Of a stretch of 64,000 nucleotides of DNA, positions 50,201 to 62,573 are shown one piece after another (positions within the stretch are counted from its first letter, which is position 1; the number at the start of each line of letters is the position of its first letter). The notes under the pieces were generated by a model. That model did not search any database. It saw only the letters and a list, made by a program, of their open reading frames with translations, and was not told where the DNA came from. The position numbers and the translations under genes are program-made. This DNA comes from Anaeramoeba ignava BMAN. Lineage: Eukaryota; Protista; Anaeramoebae. The stretch is taken from NCBI GenBank assembly GCA_028826165.1, contig JAPDFW010000033.1:62001-126000 (forward strand), given 5' to 3'.

Positions 50201-52934
50201 TTAATTAGAAGCTGCAAACTGAACAGAATTAGCAATAATTTTAGCACCATCAGTTTTAGAATCCCAATAATAAGCATCAACTTTATCAGAAGGAGGTTGA
50301 AAATTAAGAATAACAATATTTCCAAAATTATCCATTTTTCTATGAACAACAATCAAAGGAACACCATCATCCCAATAAGCAATAACTTTCCCACTTTTAG
50401 TACAAGCACCACTGCAATGAGGAGAACCAGCACCTCCATCAAAACTATTTACACCATTCATAATTGCATGTCTTGTATAATTAATATCTCCAAGTTCTGT
50501 TTTTTCATCACAAATATGATCTCCTTTTTCAACTGGAAGATAATCAATTATTTTCCCTTGTATTTCTCCTTCTGATCCTCTTAAAAGTGCTTCATCTGAA
50601 CATAAAACTAATCCTTTTCCTGATTCAACATATTTTGCTAAAACATCTCCTGTTTTTTTTGCATTTAAAAATTTTATTGATGCTGAATATACAAATACTA
50701 CATCATATTTTTGAAGTTGTTGTAATTGTGGAACTCCTTTTGTTGCATCAAATATATCAACATTTTTAATTCCTGTTGAAGTTATTGATAATTTTACATC
50801 TTCTCTATATTTTGCACTATCATCTGATGCAATTAATAAAACCTTTATCTATTAAAATGAAATTTTAAATAAATTTGTTAAATAAATTCATTTTAAATCC
50901 ATTTTAAATTTGTTAAATAAATCCATTTTAAATTTGTTAAATAAATTCATTTTAAATCCATTTTAAATAAATTTGTTAAATAAATTCATTTTAAATTTGT
51001 TAAATAAATTCATTTTAAATTTGTTAAATAAATTTGTTAAATAAATTCATTTTAAATTCATTTTAAATCCATTTTAAATTTGTTAAATAAATTCATTTTA
51101 AATTCATTTTAAATTTGTTAAATAAATTTGTTAAATAAATTCATTTTAAATTTGTTAAATAAATTCATTTTAAATTTGTTAAATAAATTCATTTTAAATT
51201 TGTTAAATAAATTCATTTTAAATTCATTTTAAATAAATTTGTTAAATAAATTCATTTTAAATTTGTTAAATAAATTCATTTTAAATTTGTTAAATAAATT
51301 CATTTTAAATTCATTTTAAATAAATTTGTTAAATAAATCCATTTTAAATTTGTTAAGTAAATCCATTTTAAATTTGTTAAATAAATTCATTTTAAATTTG
51401 TTTTAAATTCATTTTAAATTTGTTAAGTAAATTTGTTAAATAAATTCATTTTAAATCCATTTTAAATCCATTTTAAATTTGTTAAATAAATTCATTTTAA
51501 ATTCATTTTAAATTTGTTAAATAAATTTGTTAAATAAATTCATTTTAAATTTGTTAAATAAATTCATTTTAAATTCATTTTAAATAAATTTGTTAAATAA
51601 ATCCATTTTAAATTTGTTAAATAAATTCATTTTAAATTTGTTAAATAAATTCATTTTAAATTTGTTAAATAAATCCATTTTAAATTTGTTAAATAAATCC
51701 ATTTTAAATTTGTTAAATAAATCCATTTTAAATTTGTTAAATAAATTCATTTTAAATTTGTTAAATAAATTCATTTTAAATTTGTTAAATAAATTTGTTA
51801 AATAAATTCATTTTAAATTCATTTTAAATAAATTTGTTAAATAAATCCATTTTAAATTTGTTAAGTAAATCCATTTTAAATTTGTTAAATAAATCCATTT
51901 TAAATTTGTTAAGTAAATTCATTTTAAATTTGTTAAATAAATTCATTTTAAATTTGTTAAATAAATCCATTTTAAATTTGTTAAATAAATTCATTTTAAA
52001 TTCATTTTAAATTTGTTAAATAAATTTGTTAAATAAATTTGTTAAATAAATTCAAAATTGTTTTTACTTGTGATATAGGCTTTAATTTAGTCGTATCCTT
52101 TTCACGATTTTGTAATAATTCTTGTAATAACCGACTCTTTGCTTGATCTATTTTTTCTTGTGGATACAATCCACTTTCTTCTAAAGTTTCAATTCCTTTA
52201 GATCCCATTAATTCAATTCTAATAAAAGGAAGAACATTTTTCAACATTTCCTTCATATCAGACAAATTAGCCTTCAAATTATGTGAATAACAACGCCATT
52301 GACCCCATTCCATAAGCCTATTAAAAAGAGAAAGTTCAGATGCTCTAATTTGCTTGAGCTTTAATATTTCAACAATAGTCAATTCTTCCAAACTAACTAA
52401 ACAAGCAACTTTTTCAAATAATTCTAATGAATTCAATTCAATAAATTCTTTGGCTTGATATTCAATTTCTTTGTTCGAATTCTTCAAAGAAAACTCAAAA
52501 GCAGCCAAACAATTTTCAAGAGTTAAATTACTACTCAAAAATAATTCACACATTTTTAAAAGATCAAACATTTGATATTTTTGTGCAAAACTCATCACTT
52601 TTACAACATTTCTTGATTGAATATTCGGTTTTCTTGTGTAAATATATTCAAGTACAATTTGGAATGAATCTGCATCAATATCTGAGAATTTAAGTGTAAA
52701 AAGTCTTGGACTTGATGGATCTTTCCAATTTGGATTATAAAATTTATTCATCCATTGTGGACTTGCTGTTGATAATACAAATTTATGTGCATATAATATT
52801 GTTGTTGTTTGTGATTGTGTTGTTGTTGTTGTTGTTTTTGTTGTTGGATTTTCTTCTGTTATTATTATTCTTACATCAGCTGTATTTTTATGATTTATAT
52901 ATTGTGCAAATACTTCATGAAGTGATGCAAACAT
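50201..52934 (-). CDS. BTB-BACK protein with C-terminal GATase1-like (flavodoxin-like alpha/beta) domain, 2 exons
   Basis: Exons 52934-52068 and 50848-50201, phase 0. BTB: ADVRII...AHKFVLSTASP...FQIVLEYIYT. BACK: ASELSLFNRLMEWG. Exon 2: IKVLLIASD...LQKYDVVFVYS...GDVLAKYVESGKGLV. Confidence 0.85.
50860..52050. repeat. Intronic 24-bp-based satellite (TTTGTTAAATAAATTCATTTTAAA)
   Basis: Fills intron 50849-52067. Confidence 0.95.
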
Positions 52935-52989
52935 TTTTATTTTATTTTTTTGAAAAATTGAAAAATGAAAAATGAAAATTAATTTAATT

Positions 52990-54520
52990 TAATAATTGAT
53001 AATTTAAAAATATAATTTAATATTTAATTCAATTAAAATAATAATTTAATGTTTTAGATTTAAATATTTTATTTTATTTAACAAATAAATATAAAAATAA
53101 GAATAGATTTAATTTAATAAATTAATTTAAAAATATAATTTAATATTTAATTTAATGTTTAAAATAATAATTTAATGTTTTAAATTTAAATATTTTATTA
53201 TTTAAATATTTAACATATAAATATAAAAAATAAGAATAGATTTAATTTAATATTTAATTAATAAATTAATTTAAAAATATAATTTAATATTTAATTTTAT
53301 GTTTAAAATAATAATTTATTGTTTTAGATTTAAATATTTTATTATTTAAATATTTAACATATAAATATAAAAAATAGGAATAAATTTAATTTAATATTTA
53401 ATTTATAAATTAATTTAAAAATATAATTTAATATTTAATTTTATTATTAAAATAATAATTTATTGTTTTAGATTTAAATATTTTATTATTTAAATATTTA
53501 ACATATAAATATAAAAATAAGAATAGATTTGGTTTAATATTTAATTAATAAATTAATTTATTATTAAAATAATAATTTATTGTTTTAGATTTAAATATTT
53601 TATTATTTAAATATTTAACATAAAAATATAAAAAAATAAGAATAGATTTAATTTAATATTTAATTTATAAATTAATTTAAAAATATAATTTAGTATTTAA
53701 TTTTATTGTTTAAAATAATAATTTAATGTTTTAGATTTAAATATTTTATTATTTAAATATTTAACATATAAATATAAAAAATAAGAATAAATTTAATTTA
53801 ATATTTAATTTATAAATTAATTTAAAAATATAATTTAATATTTAATTTTATTATTAAAATAATAATTTATTGTTTTAGATTTAAATATTTTATTATTCAA
53901 ATATTTAAACATAAATATAAAAATAAGAATAAATTTAATTTAATATTTAATTTAATAAATTAATTTAAAAATATAATTTATTATTTAATTTTAATGTTTA
54001 AAATAATAATTTATTGTTTTAGATTTAAATATTTTATTATTTAAATATTTAACATATAAATATAAAAAATAGAATAAATTTAATTTAATATCTAATTTAT
54101 AAATTAATTTAAAAATATAATTTAATATTTAATTTTATGTTTAAAATAATAATTTAATGTTTTAGATTTAAATATTTTATTATTCAAATATTTAACATAT
54201 AAATATAAAAAATGGAAACAGATTTAATTTAATATTTAATTTATAAATTAATTTAAAAATATAATTTAATATTTAATTTTATGTTTAAAATAATAATTTA
54301 ATGTTTTAGATTTAAATATTTTATTATTTAAATATTTGTTTTAAATATAAAAATAAGAAAATTTATTTTATTTTATTATAAATATTTAAAATATAATTTA
54401 ATATTTAATTTTATGTTTAAAATAATAATTTAATGTTTTATATTCAAATATTTTATTATTTAATTTAGAAATTAATTTAAAAATAAATTTGATTTAATAT
54501 TTAATTTAGAAATTAATTTA
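52990..54520. repeat. ~144-bp AT-rich minisatellite, about 10 copies
   Basis: gttttagatttaaatattttatt recurs at ~53322, 53466, 53729, 53873, 54017, 54159 and 54304. Confidence 0.9.
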
Positions 54521-54882
54521 AAAATATAATAAAATTATTCCCAATAATTTAATAAAATTAATGAAATATTTTATTAAAAATATAAATGGAATTAAAATAA
54601 TTTTTAATAATAAATTATAATTAATTTTTTTCCTAATTTATCTAATAATAAATAATTTGAATTTAATTATTATTAATTTCTATTTTCAATTTTTATTTTT
54701 GTTTATTATCAAAAAACACAATTTTTTCATTTCTTTTCCTAAATTTTTAATAATATTTTTAAATTAAAATTGAATTGTTTAAAATTAAATTTGTTTCCTT
54801 ATTTATTGATTTGAAGAATTTAATTTGATTGAAGGTAAATGAAAATTGAATTGAATTTTGAAAAAAAAATGAAAAATATTTT

Positions 54883-56346
54883 TTAAATGAAATAAGTTTC
54901 AAGTTCATCAATAACACATTTATTAAGAGAACCAACTAAATAACTTTTATCTTCTTTTGGATCATATTCAATTCCTTTAGGAAGATTGTAACTAACTCCC
55001 AATTCTGAATAACCAAGTTGTAAATCAGAATTTAAATAAAAATCACTTCCCTTCACTCCAAAAGTTGGACCAAAATCTAAATTAGATAAAATTGCATATT
55101 TTTCTTTTTTTTTTTTAATTGTAAATTTCTCAGATTTTCTATCTCCTTTATCATTTCTTAATGAAAAAATAAATGCATTTGGATCAATTTGATAACCAGA
55201 ATCTCCATAATCATAACTCCATTTTGATTTATCTTTTGGAAAAAATCCAACTTGAGTAAAACCTCCAAAAATAAAATTATCTTTGGTTTTGATAATAACT
55301 AATGTTTTTCCTTTCCCATCAACTGCTTTATGCCAATTTTTAGAATTAAACCCATCTCTCTTTGCTGAAAATCCTTTTTTCATTTTGGAAAAGAAATCAT
55401 TATCATTTATCCATTCTTGTAATTTAATAATATATTCTTTTTCTTTAATAATTTCTGAATTAATTTTTAATGTTGATTTGAAAATAAAAGAATTTTCTTT
55501 TTCAATAAATTGATTTAATTCTTTTTCATCATTTTCTTTTTGAAGTTTTTGGAATTGAATTAATTTCTCTGAAATTTGTTTTGGAATTAAATCTTCTTTC
55601 AAAATATCTTCAAGTTCTTGTTTTGAGAAATCAATAAATCTGATTTTTTCAATAACATTTGAAATTTGATCTTGTAATTTTTCTTTTTCTTTTTTATTCA
55701 GTTCTTTTTCTTGATTAATATTTGATTTATGTTTTCCCCATTTTATTATTGATTGGAAAAGTTCAAATTCATTTATTGGAATTTTATTATTTGATAATAT
55801 TGAATTTAAATGATTTTCTTCAAGTTCAAGAAAAAATGAAGTTTTAATAAATTCTTTAAAATTTTCTGAAATAAATTTATAAGAAGAATCTATTAATTCA
55901 TTGAAGTTCATTGATTCAGATAATTTAAGAACATCAACAATAGTTTCAATTTGTAAATTTTTTTTGATAAAATTTGAACAAATTTCAATTAATTCATCAA
56001 TTAAATATTTTGATGAAAAAATTAAAATTTGAATTGCATTTTCTAAATTAATTTCAATTTTTCCTGAATAAAAATAATTCAAAATTGAAAATAGAATTGA
56101 ACTTGAAACATCTTTTAGAATTAATTTATTTTCTTGATATTCTTTCATTTTGGAATCGAAAAGAGATTTAAAATATTGACTTCTTGAAGAAAGAATTGAT
56201 TTATGAGTTTTAAATGAAGTTTGATTTTGTTCACAAATTATTTCAAAATCAAAATAACTTTCTTCTTCTTTTTCATTTTCATTTTGATTTTGAAATAAAT
56301 TTTTTAAATCATTTGAAAGTTTTTCTAAATTTGAATAAGTTTCCAT
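54883..56346 (-). CDS. BTB-BACK-TLDc protein, intronless
   Basis: BTB: FKTHKSILSSRSQYF. BACK: INEFELFQSIIKWG. TLDc: RDGFNSKNWH.AVDGKGKTLVIIKT...FIFGGFT...AFIFSL...GPTFG...DELETY. Confidence 0.92.
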   Translation of the reverse strand: METYSNLEKLSNDLKNLFQNQNENEKEEESYFDFEIICEQNQTSFKTHKSILSSRSQYFKSLFDSKMKEYQENKLILKDVSSSILFSILNYFYSGKIEINLENAIQILIFSSKYLIDELIEICSNFIKKNLQIETIVDVLKLSESMNFNELIDSSYKFISENFKEFIKTSFFLELEENHLNSILSNNKIPINEFELFQSIIKWGKHKSNINQEKELNKKEKEKLQDQISNVIEKIRFIDFSKQELEDILKEDLIPKQISEKLIQFQKLQKENDEKELNQFIEKENSFIFKSTLKINSEIIKEKEYIIKLQEWINDNDFFSKMKKGFSAKRDGFNSKNWHKAVDGKGKTLVIIKTKDNFIFGGFTQVGFFPKDKSKWSYDYGDSGYQIDPNAFIFSLRNDKGDRKSEKFTIKKKKEKYAILSNLDFGPTFGVKGSDFYLNSDLQLGYSELGVSYNLPKGIEYDPKEDKSYLVGSLNKCVIDELETYFI

Positions 56347-56389
56347 TTTATTAAAAATTTTGAAAGAAAAAAATGAAAAAAAATGAAAA

Positions 56390-57150
56390 AATAAGAATAG
56401 ATTTAATTTAATATTTAATTTATAAATTAATTTAAAAATATAATTTATTATTTAATTTTATGTTTAAAATAATAATTTAATGTTTTAGATTTAAATATTT
56501 TATTATTTAAATATTTAACATATAAATATAAAAAATGAGAATAGATTTAATTTAATATTTAATTTATAAATTAATTTAAAAATATAATTTAATATTTAAT
56601 TTTATGTTTAAAATAATAATTTAATGTTTTAGATTTAAATATTTTATTATTTAAATATTTAACATATAAAATATAAAAAATAAGAATAGATTTAATTTAA
56701 TATTTAATTTATAAATTAATTTAAAAATATAATTTAATATTTAATTTTATTATTAAAATAATAATTTATTGTTTTAGATTTAAATATTTTATTATTTAAA
56801 TATTTAACATAAAAATATAAAAAATAAGAATAGATTTAATTTAATATTTAATTTATAAATTAATTTAAAAATATAATTTAATATTTAATTTTAATGTTTA
56901 AAATAATAATTTATTGTTTTAGATTTAAATATTTTATTATTTAAATATTTAACATATAAATATAAAAAATAAGAAATAGATTTAATTTAATATTTAATTT
57001 ATAAATTAATTTAAAAATATAATTTAATATTTAATTTTATTATTAAAATAATAATTTATTGTTTTTAGATTTAAATATTTTATTATTTAAATATTTAACA
57101 TATAAATATAAAAAATAAGAATAGATTTAATTTAATATTTAATTTAAAAT
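56390..57150. repeat. Second array of the same ~144-bp minisatellite, same orientation, about 5 copies
   Basis: gaatagatttaatttaatattt at ~56394, 56538, 56683, 56827, 56973 and 57118. Confidence 0.9.
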
Positions 57151-57644
57151 TTAATTTAAAATTTTATTATTTATTTAAATTTTATTTTTAAAATAATAAT
57201 TTATTAAATTTAAAATATTTTTAAAAATTTAAAAATATTTTAAAAATTGATTTTGAAATTAAAATTTGAAAAATTTTTTTTTTAAAATTAAATTGAATTA
57301 ATATTAATTTGGAAATTTGTTTTAAAATTTAAATTTATTAATAATTTTAAATTCAAAAAAAAATTAAATTAAAAATTAAATTAAAATAATTTTCCTTTTT
57401 TTTTAATAATAAAAATTAATAAAAAAATAATAATTTATTAATAAATTAATTTAAAATAATAAATTAAAAAGAAAATTAAATTAATTATTAATTTAAATTT
57501 ATTCTTATTTTTTATATTTTTATTTATTTTCAAAATCCACTTTTTTTATTCATTTTTTTTTAAATTTTTTTTTCATTTTTTTCCTTTTTTTTAAAAACAA
57601 AAACAAAAACAAAAAAACAAAAAAAAACAAAACAAACAAACAAA

Positions 57645-60600
57645 ATGGATAATAATAATAATAACCAAATTGAAAATGCAAATCAAAATGAAAATGAAAA
57701 TGAAATGAAAAATTTAGAAAAAAAAGTAACAAAAAATTTAATTAAAGATTATTCAAACCTTTTAAATGGAAATTCATTTAAAGATTTTTCAATTTTTGTT
57801 GAGAATAAATCAAATCCTTTTGAAATTAAAGTTCATAAATCAATTTTATCTTCAAGATCTCCTTTTTTTAATGAGTCATTAAGGCAAGAATCTCTTTCTA
57901 TTTTTTAAATCAATTTAATAAAAAAGAAATGGAATCAATTTTGAGTTATATTTATTATGGAAATATTTCTTTTGAGAATCAAGAAAATCTTATTCAATTA
58001 TTAGAAATTTCAATTTATTTTAAATTAAATTTATTGAAAGAAATTATTCAAAAAAAAATTTCAAATTCAATTAATTATTCAAATTTTTTCCAATTTTTAT
58101 TCCAAAATCGAAATTTAAATTCAAATGAAATTGAAATAAAATGTTTTGAATTAATAAATCAAAAATTTTCCCAAATTCAAAATAATGAGAATTTATTCAA
58201 TTTAACTAAAGAAGAAATTATCAAATTTATTCAATTTAAACAAGAAAAAAAAGAAATTTTTCAATTTGATTTTTTTCAATTTTTAAATAATTGGATTAAA
58301 AAAAGAGTTAATTCATTAAAATTAAGGAAATATAAACACAAAATGAATGCAAAGAAAAGATTATTTCATTCTTTTTTTTCATTATTTGATAAAGATTCAA
58401 TTTCAAAACAAGATTTTGATAAATTAAAACAATTTGATATTTTTCTTCCTAATTCTTTTTTAATTCATTTTGAAAGAACTATTTTTGAAATTCAAGATAA
58501 AGAAAATCAAACAAAAATCAAAGAAAAAGAAACAAAAATCAAAGAAAAAGAAAAAAAATTCAAAAGAAGAGATAAAAGAATCAAATCATTTGAATCTGAA
58601 AATCAAAAACAAAAACAAGAAATTGAAAAGAAAGAAAAAGAAAAAAAAGAGATTCAAGAGAAACTCAAAAAAGAAATTGAGAAGAAAGAAAAGATTCTCA
58701 AACAAAAAGATGAGGAAATTCAAAATATTAAATTATCATTTGAGAAAGAAATTGAAAAGAAAGAGAAAGAAAATAAAAAGAAAGAAAAAGAAAATAAAAA
58801 GAAAGAAAAAGAAAAAAAAGAGATTCAAGAGAAACCCAAAAAAGAAATTGAGAAGAAAGAAAAGATTCTCAAACAAAAAGATGAAGAAATTCAAAATATT
58901 AAATTATCATTTCAGAAAAGAAATTGAAAATCAAATTCAAAATCAAAATCAAATTCAAAATCAAAATCAAAATCAAAATCAAAATCAAGATAAATTGTTG
59001 AAGATTTTTTCAGATTCAGAAATTATTAAAGATATTGAATATGTTAAGAAATTACAAGAATGGATAAATGATAATGATTTCTTTTCTAAAATGAAAAAAG
59101 GGTTTTCAGCAAAAAGAGATGGATTTAATTCTAAAAATTGGCATAATGCAGTTGATGGGAAAGGAAAAACATTAGTTATTATCAAAACAAAAGATAATTT
59201 TATTTTTGGAGGTTTTACTCAAGTTGGATTTAAATATTCACAAAATGGAGAATACATTAATGATTCAAATGCATTTATTTTTTCATTAAGAAATGATAAA
59301 GGAGATAGAAAACCAGAAAAGTTTACAATTAAAAAAGGAGAAGAAAAATATGCAATTTTATCTAATTTAGATTTTGGTCCATTTTTTGGATGTAAATATA
59401 AATAAATATCATTTAATAAATATTTATTATTTATAATTAAAATTAAATTAATAAATAATCCAAAATATTAATATAATAAATAATATTATTATTTCAATTT
59501 AAAATAAAATTAATTTTAAATTAAATTATTATTAATTATTATTAAAATTAATTATTTATCTTTATTAAAATAGATTGGTAAATAATTATATTTAATAAAT
59601 ATTTATTAAAAATTTAATTAAAATTTTTAAATTAATTAATAAATTGAAAATATTAATATAATAAAAATTATTATTTAAAATTAAAATAAAAATAAATTAT
59701 ATTAATTAATTAATTATTATTAAAAATAATCTTTATTAAAATGAATGCAAATAAAAGATTATTTCATTCTTTTTCATTATTTAATAAAAATTCAATAAAT
59801 AAAAACAAATTTTAATAAATTAAAACAATTTTAAATTTAAAAAAAATTAAATTTTAAAAATTTTTTAATTCATTTTTAAAAGAATTATTTTTTTTATTAA
59901 AATAGTTGGTAAAAATGAAACAAAAATAAAAAGAAAATTAAAAATAAAAAAAATATTAAATAGAAAAAAATATTATTATTTAAATTTAAAAATAAAATTA
60001 ATTTTAAATTAAATTAATTATTAAAATAGTTGGTAAATAATTTATATTTAATAAATTTATTATAAAAAAATTAAAATAAAAAAAAATAAATTAAAAATAA
60101 AAAGAAAAAATAAAAAGAGATTCAAAAAAGAAAAATTTTAAAAAAAATTAAACAAAAAGATGAGAAAAAAAAAGATTTATTTTTATTAAAATAGATTGTA
60201 AATAAAATTTAATAAACATTATAAATTAAAATTAAATTAATAAAAAAAAATAAATATAATAAATAAAAAAGAAAAAGAAAAAAATAAAATTAATTTTAAA
60301 TTAAATTATTATTAAAAATAATTATTTATTTTTATTAAAATAGATGGTAAATAAATATTTATTATTTGAAAAAAAATTAAAAATAAAAATCCAAAAAATT
60401 AATAAATAAAAAATCAAAATCAATTTCAAAAATAAAATTAATTTTAAATTAAATTATTATTAAAATTAATTATTTATTTCCTTTTATTATTAAAATTAAA
60501 TTAATAAATAATACAAAATATTAAATAATAAAAAATCAATTTCAAAATAAAAATAAAAAATTTTAAAATGAAGATAAATTATTATTAAAATTTTTATTTA

Positions 60601-61222
60601 TTTTAAAAGATTGTAAATAATTTTATTAAAATATTTATTATTATAATTAAAATTAAATTAATAAATATCCAAAAATGGATATAATAAATAATATTATTTC
60701 AATTTAAAATAAAAAAATTTTAAATTTTCATTATTAATTTAAAAAGATATATTTAATTCTAAATAATTTATAAAGCAGTTGATTAAAAAAGGAAATAAAT
60801 AATCCAAAATATTATAAATAATATTAACAAAAAATAATTTTAATTTTGGAGGTTTAAACTTATTAATTGGATTAAAATAGATTGGATTAATGATTCAAAT
60901 GCATTTATTTTTCATTAAGAAATGAAAAGGAATAAATAATACAAAATATTTTAATAAATAATATTATTATTTCAATTTAAAATAAAATTAAATTTTAAAT
61001 TTAATTATTATTAATTACTATTAAAATTAATTATTTATCTTTATTAAAATATTTGTAGCTGATATTTGGTTAGATTCTGAATTACAATATGGTTATTCAA
61101 ATTTTGGTTATAGTTATAATCTACCTAATGGAATTAAATATAAATCATATGAATCTAGAAGTTATTTAGCTGGTTCTTGTGATAAATTGGTTGTTGATGA
61201 ACTTGAGACTTATTTCATTTAA
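57645..61222 (+). CDS. BTB - coiled-coil - TLDc protein; 2 frameshifts, one 1.67-kb intron
   Basis: BTB IKVHKSILSSRSPFF; frame breaks at ~57905 and ~58915. TLDc is split by intron 59392-61058 (GGA T|gt...ag|CT GAT, giving FGSDIWLDSELQYG). Ends DELETYFI* at 61222. Confidence 0.8.
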
Positions 61223-61559
61223 AAAATATTTTTCATTTTTTTTTCAAAATTCAATTCAATTTTCATTTACCTTCAATCAAATTAAATTCTTCAAATCAAT
61301 AAATAAGAAAACAAATTTAATTTTAAACAATTTAATTTTAATTTAAAAATATTATTAAAAATTTAGAAAAAGAAATGAAAAATTGTGTTTTTTGATAATA
61401 AACAAAAATAAAAATTGAAAATAGAAATTAATAATAATTAAATTTAAATTATTTATTATTAGATAAATTAGGAAAAAAATTAATTATAATTTATTATTAA
61501 AAATTATTTTAATTCCATTTATATTTTTAATAAAATATTTCAATTTTCTTATTAATTTT

Positions 61560-62530
61560 ATTAAATTATTGGAAATAATTTTATTATATTTTAAATAAAG
61601 AAATGTTAATGAAATATATAAATTAGAATTAATTTCAAATTTAATTATTTAATATTCTTTGATTTTATTTTTGAAATAAATTAATTAAAATATTTTATTA
61701 ATTTTATTAAATTATTGGGAATAATTTTATATTATTTTAAATAAAGAAATGTTAATGAAATATATAAATTAGAATTAATTTCAAATTTAATTATTTAATA
61801 ATCTTTATTTTATTTTTGAAATAAATTAATTAAAATATTTTATCAATTTTATTACATTATTGGGAATAATTTTATATTATTTTAAATAAATAAAATTAAT
61901 AAAATATATAAATTAGAATTAATTTCAAATTTAATTATTTAATAATCTTTATTTTATTTTTGAAATAAATTATTAAAAATATTTTTTTTAATTTTATTCA
62001 TTTGGGGAATTATTTTATATTATTTTAAATAAAAGAAACAATAAAATATATAAATTAAATTTAAATTTAATTAAATTTAATAATCTTGATTTTATTTTTG
62101 AAATAAATTAATTAAAATATTTTATTAATTTTATTACATTATTGGGAATTATTTTATATTATTTTAAATAAATAAATGTTAATAAAATATATAAATTAGA
62201 ATTAATTTCAAATTTAATTATTTAATAATCTTGATTTTATTTTTGAAATAAATTAATTAAAATATTTTATTAATTTTATTAAATTATTGGGAATTATTTT
62301 ATTATATTTTAAATAAAAGAAATATTAATAAAATATATAAATTAGAATTAATTTCAAATCTAATTATTTAATAATCTTTATTTTATTTTTGAAATAAATT
62401 AATTAAAATATTTTATTAAATTTATTAAATTATTGAGAATAATTTTATATTGTTTTAAATAAAGAAATGTTAATAAAATATATAAAATAGAATTAATTTC
62501 AAATCTAATTATTTAATAATCTTGATTTTA
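61560..62530. repeat. ~145-bp AT-rich minisatellite, second family, about 7 copies
   Basis: ataaattagaattaatttcaaa recurs at ~61618, 61764, 61908, 62191, 62336 and 62481. Confidence 0.9.
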
Positions 62531-62573
62531 TTTTTTTCATTTTTTCATTTTTTCATTTTTTCATTTTTTTTTA

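Noticed and set aside
59740-60930. Decayed second copy of the coiled-coil/TLDc exon within the intron
   Set aside because: A mosaic of intron repeat and exon words in collinear order. It could be a decayed duplication, but consensus blending is at least as likely and cannot be resolved without reads.
52990-62530. CRISPR-like array or transposon TIRs
   Set aside because: Units are contiguous with no unique spacers, no cas or transposase gene is present, and the context is eukaryotic.
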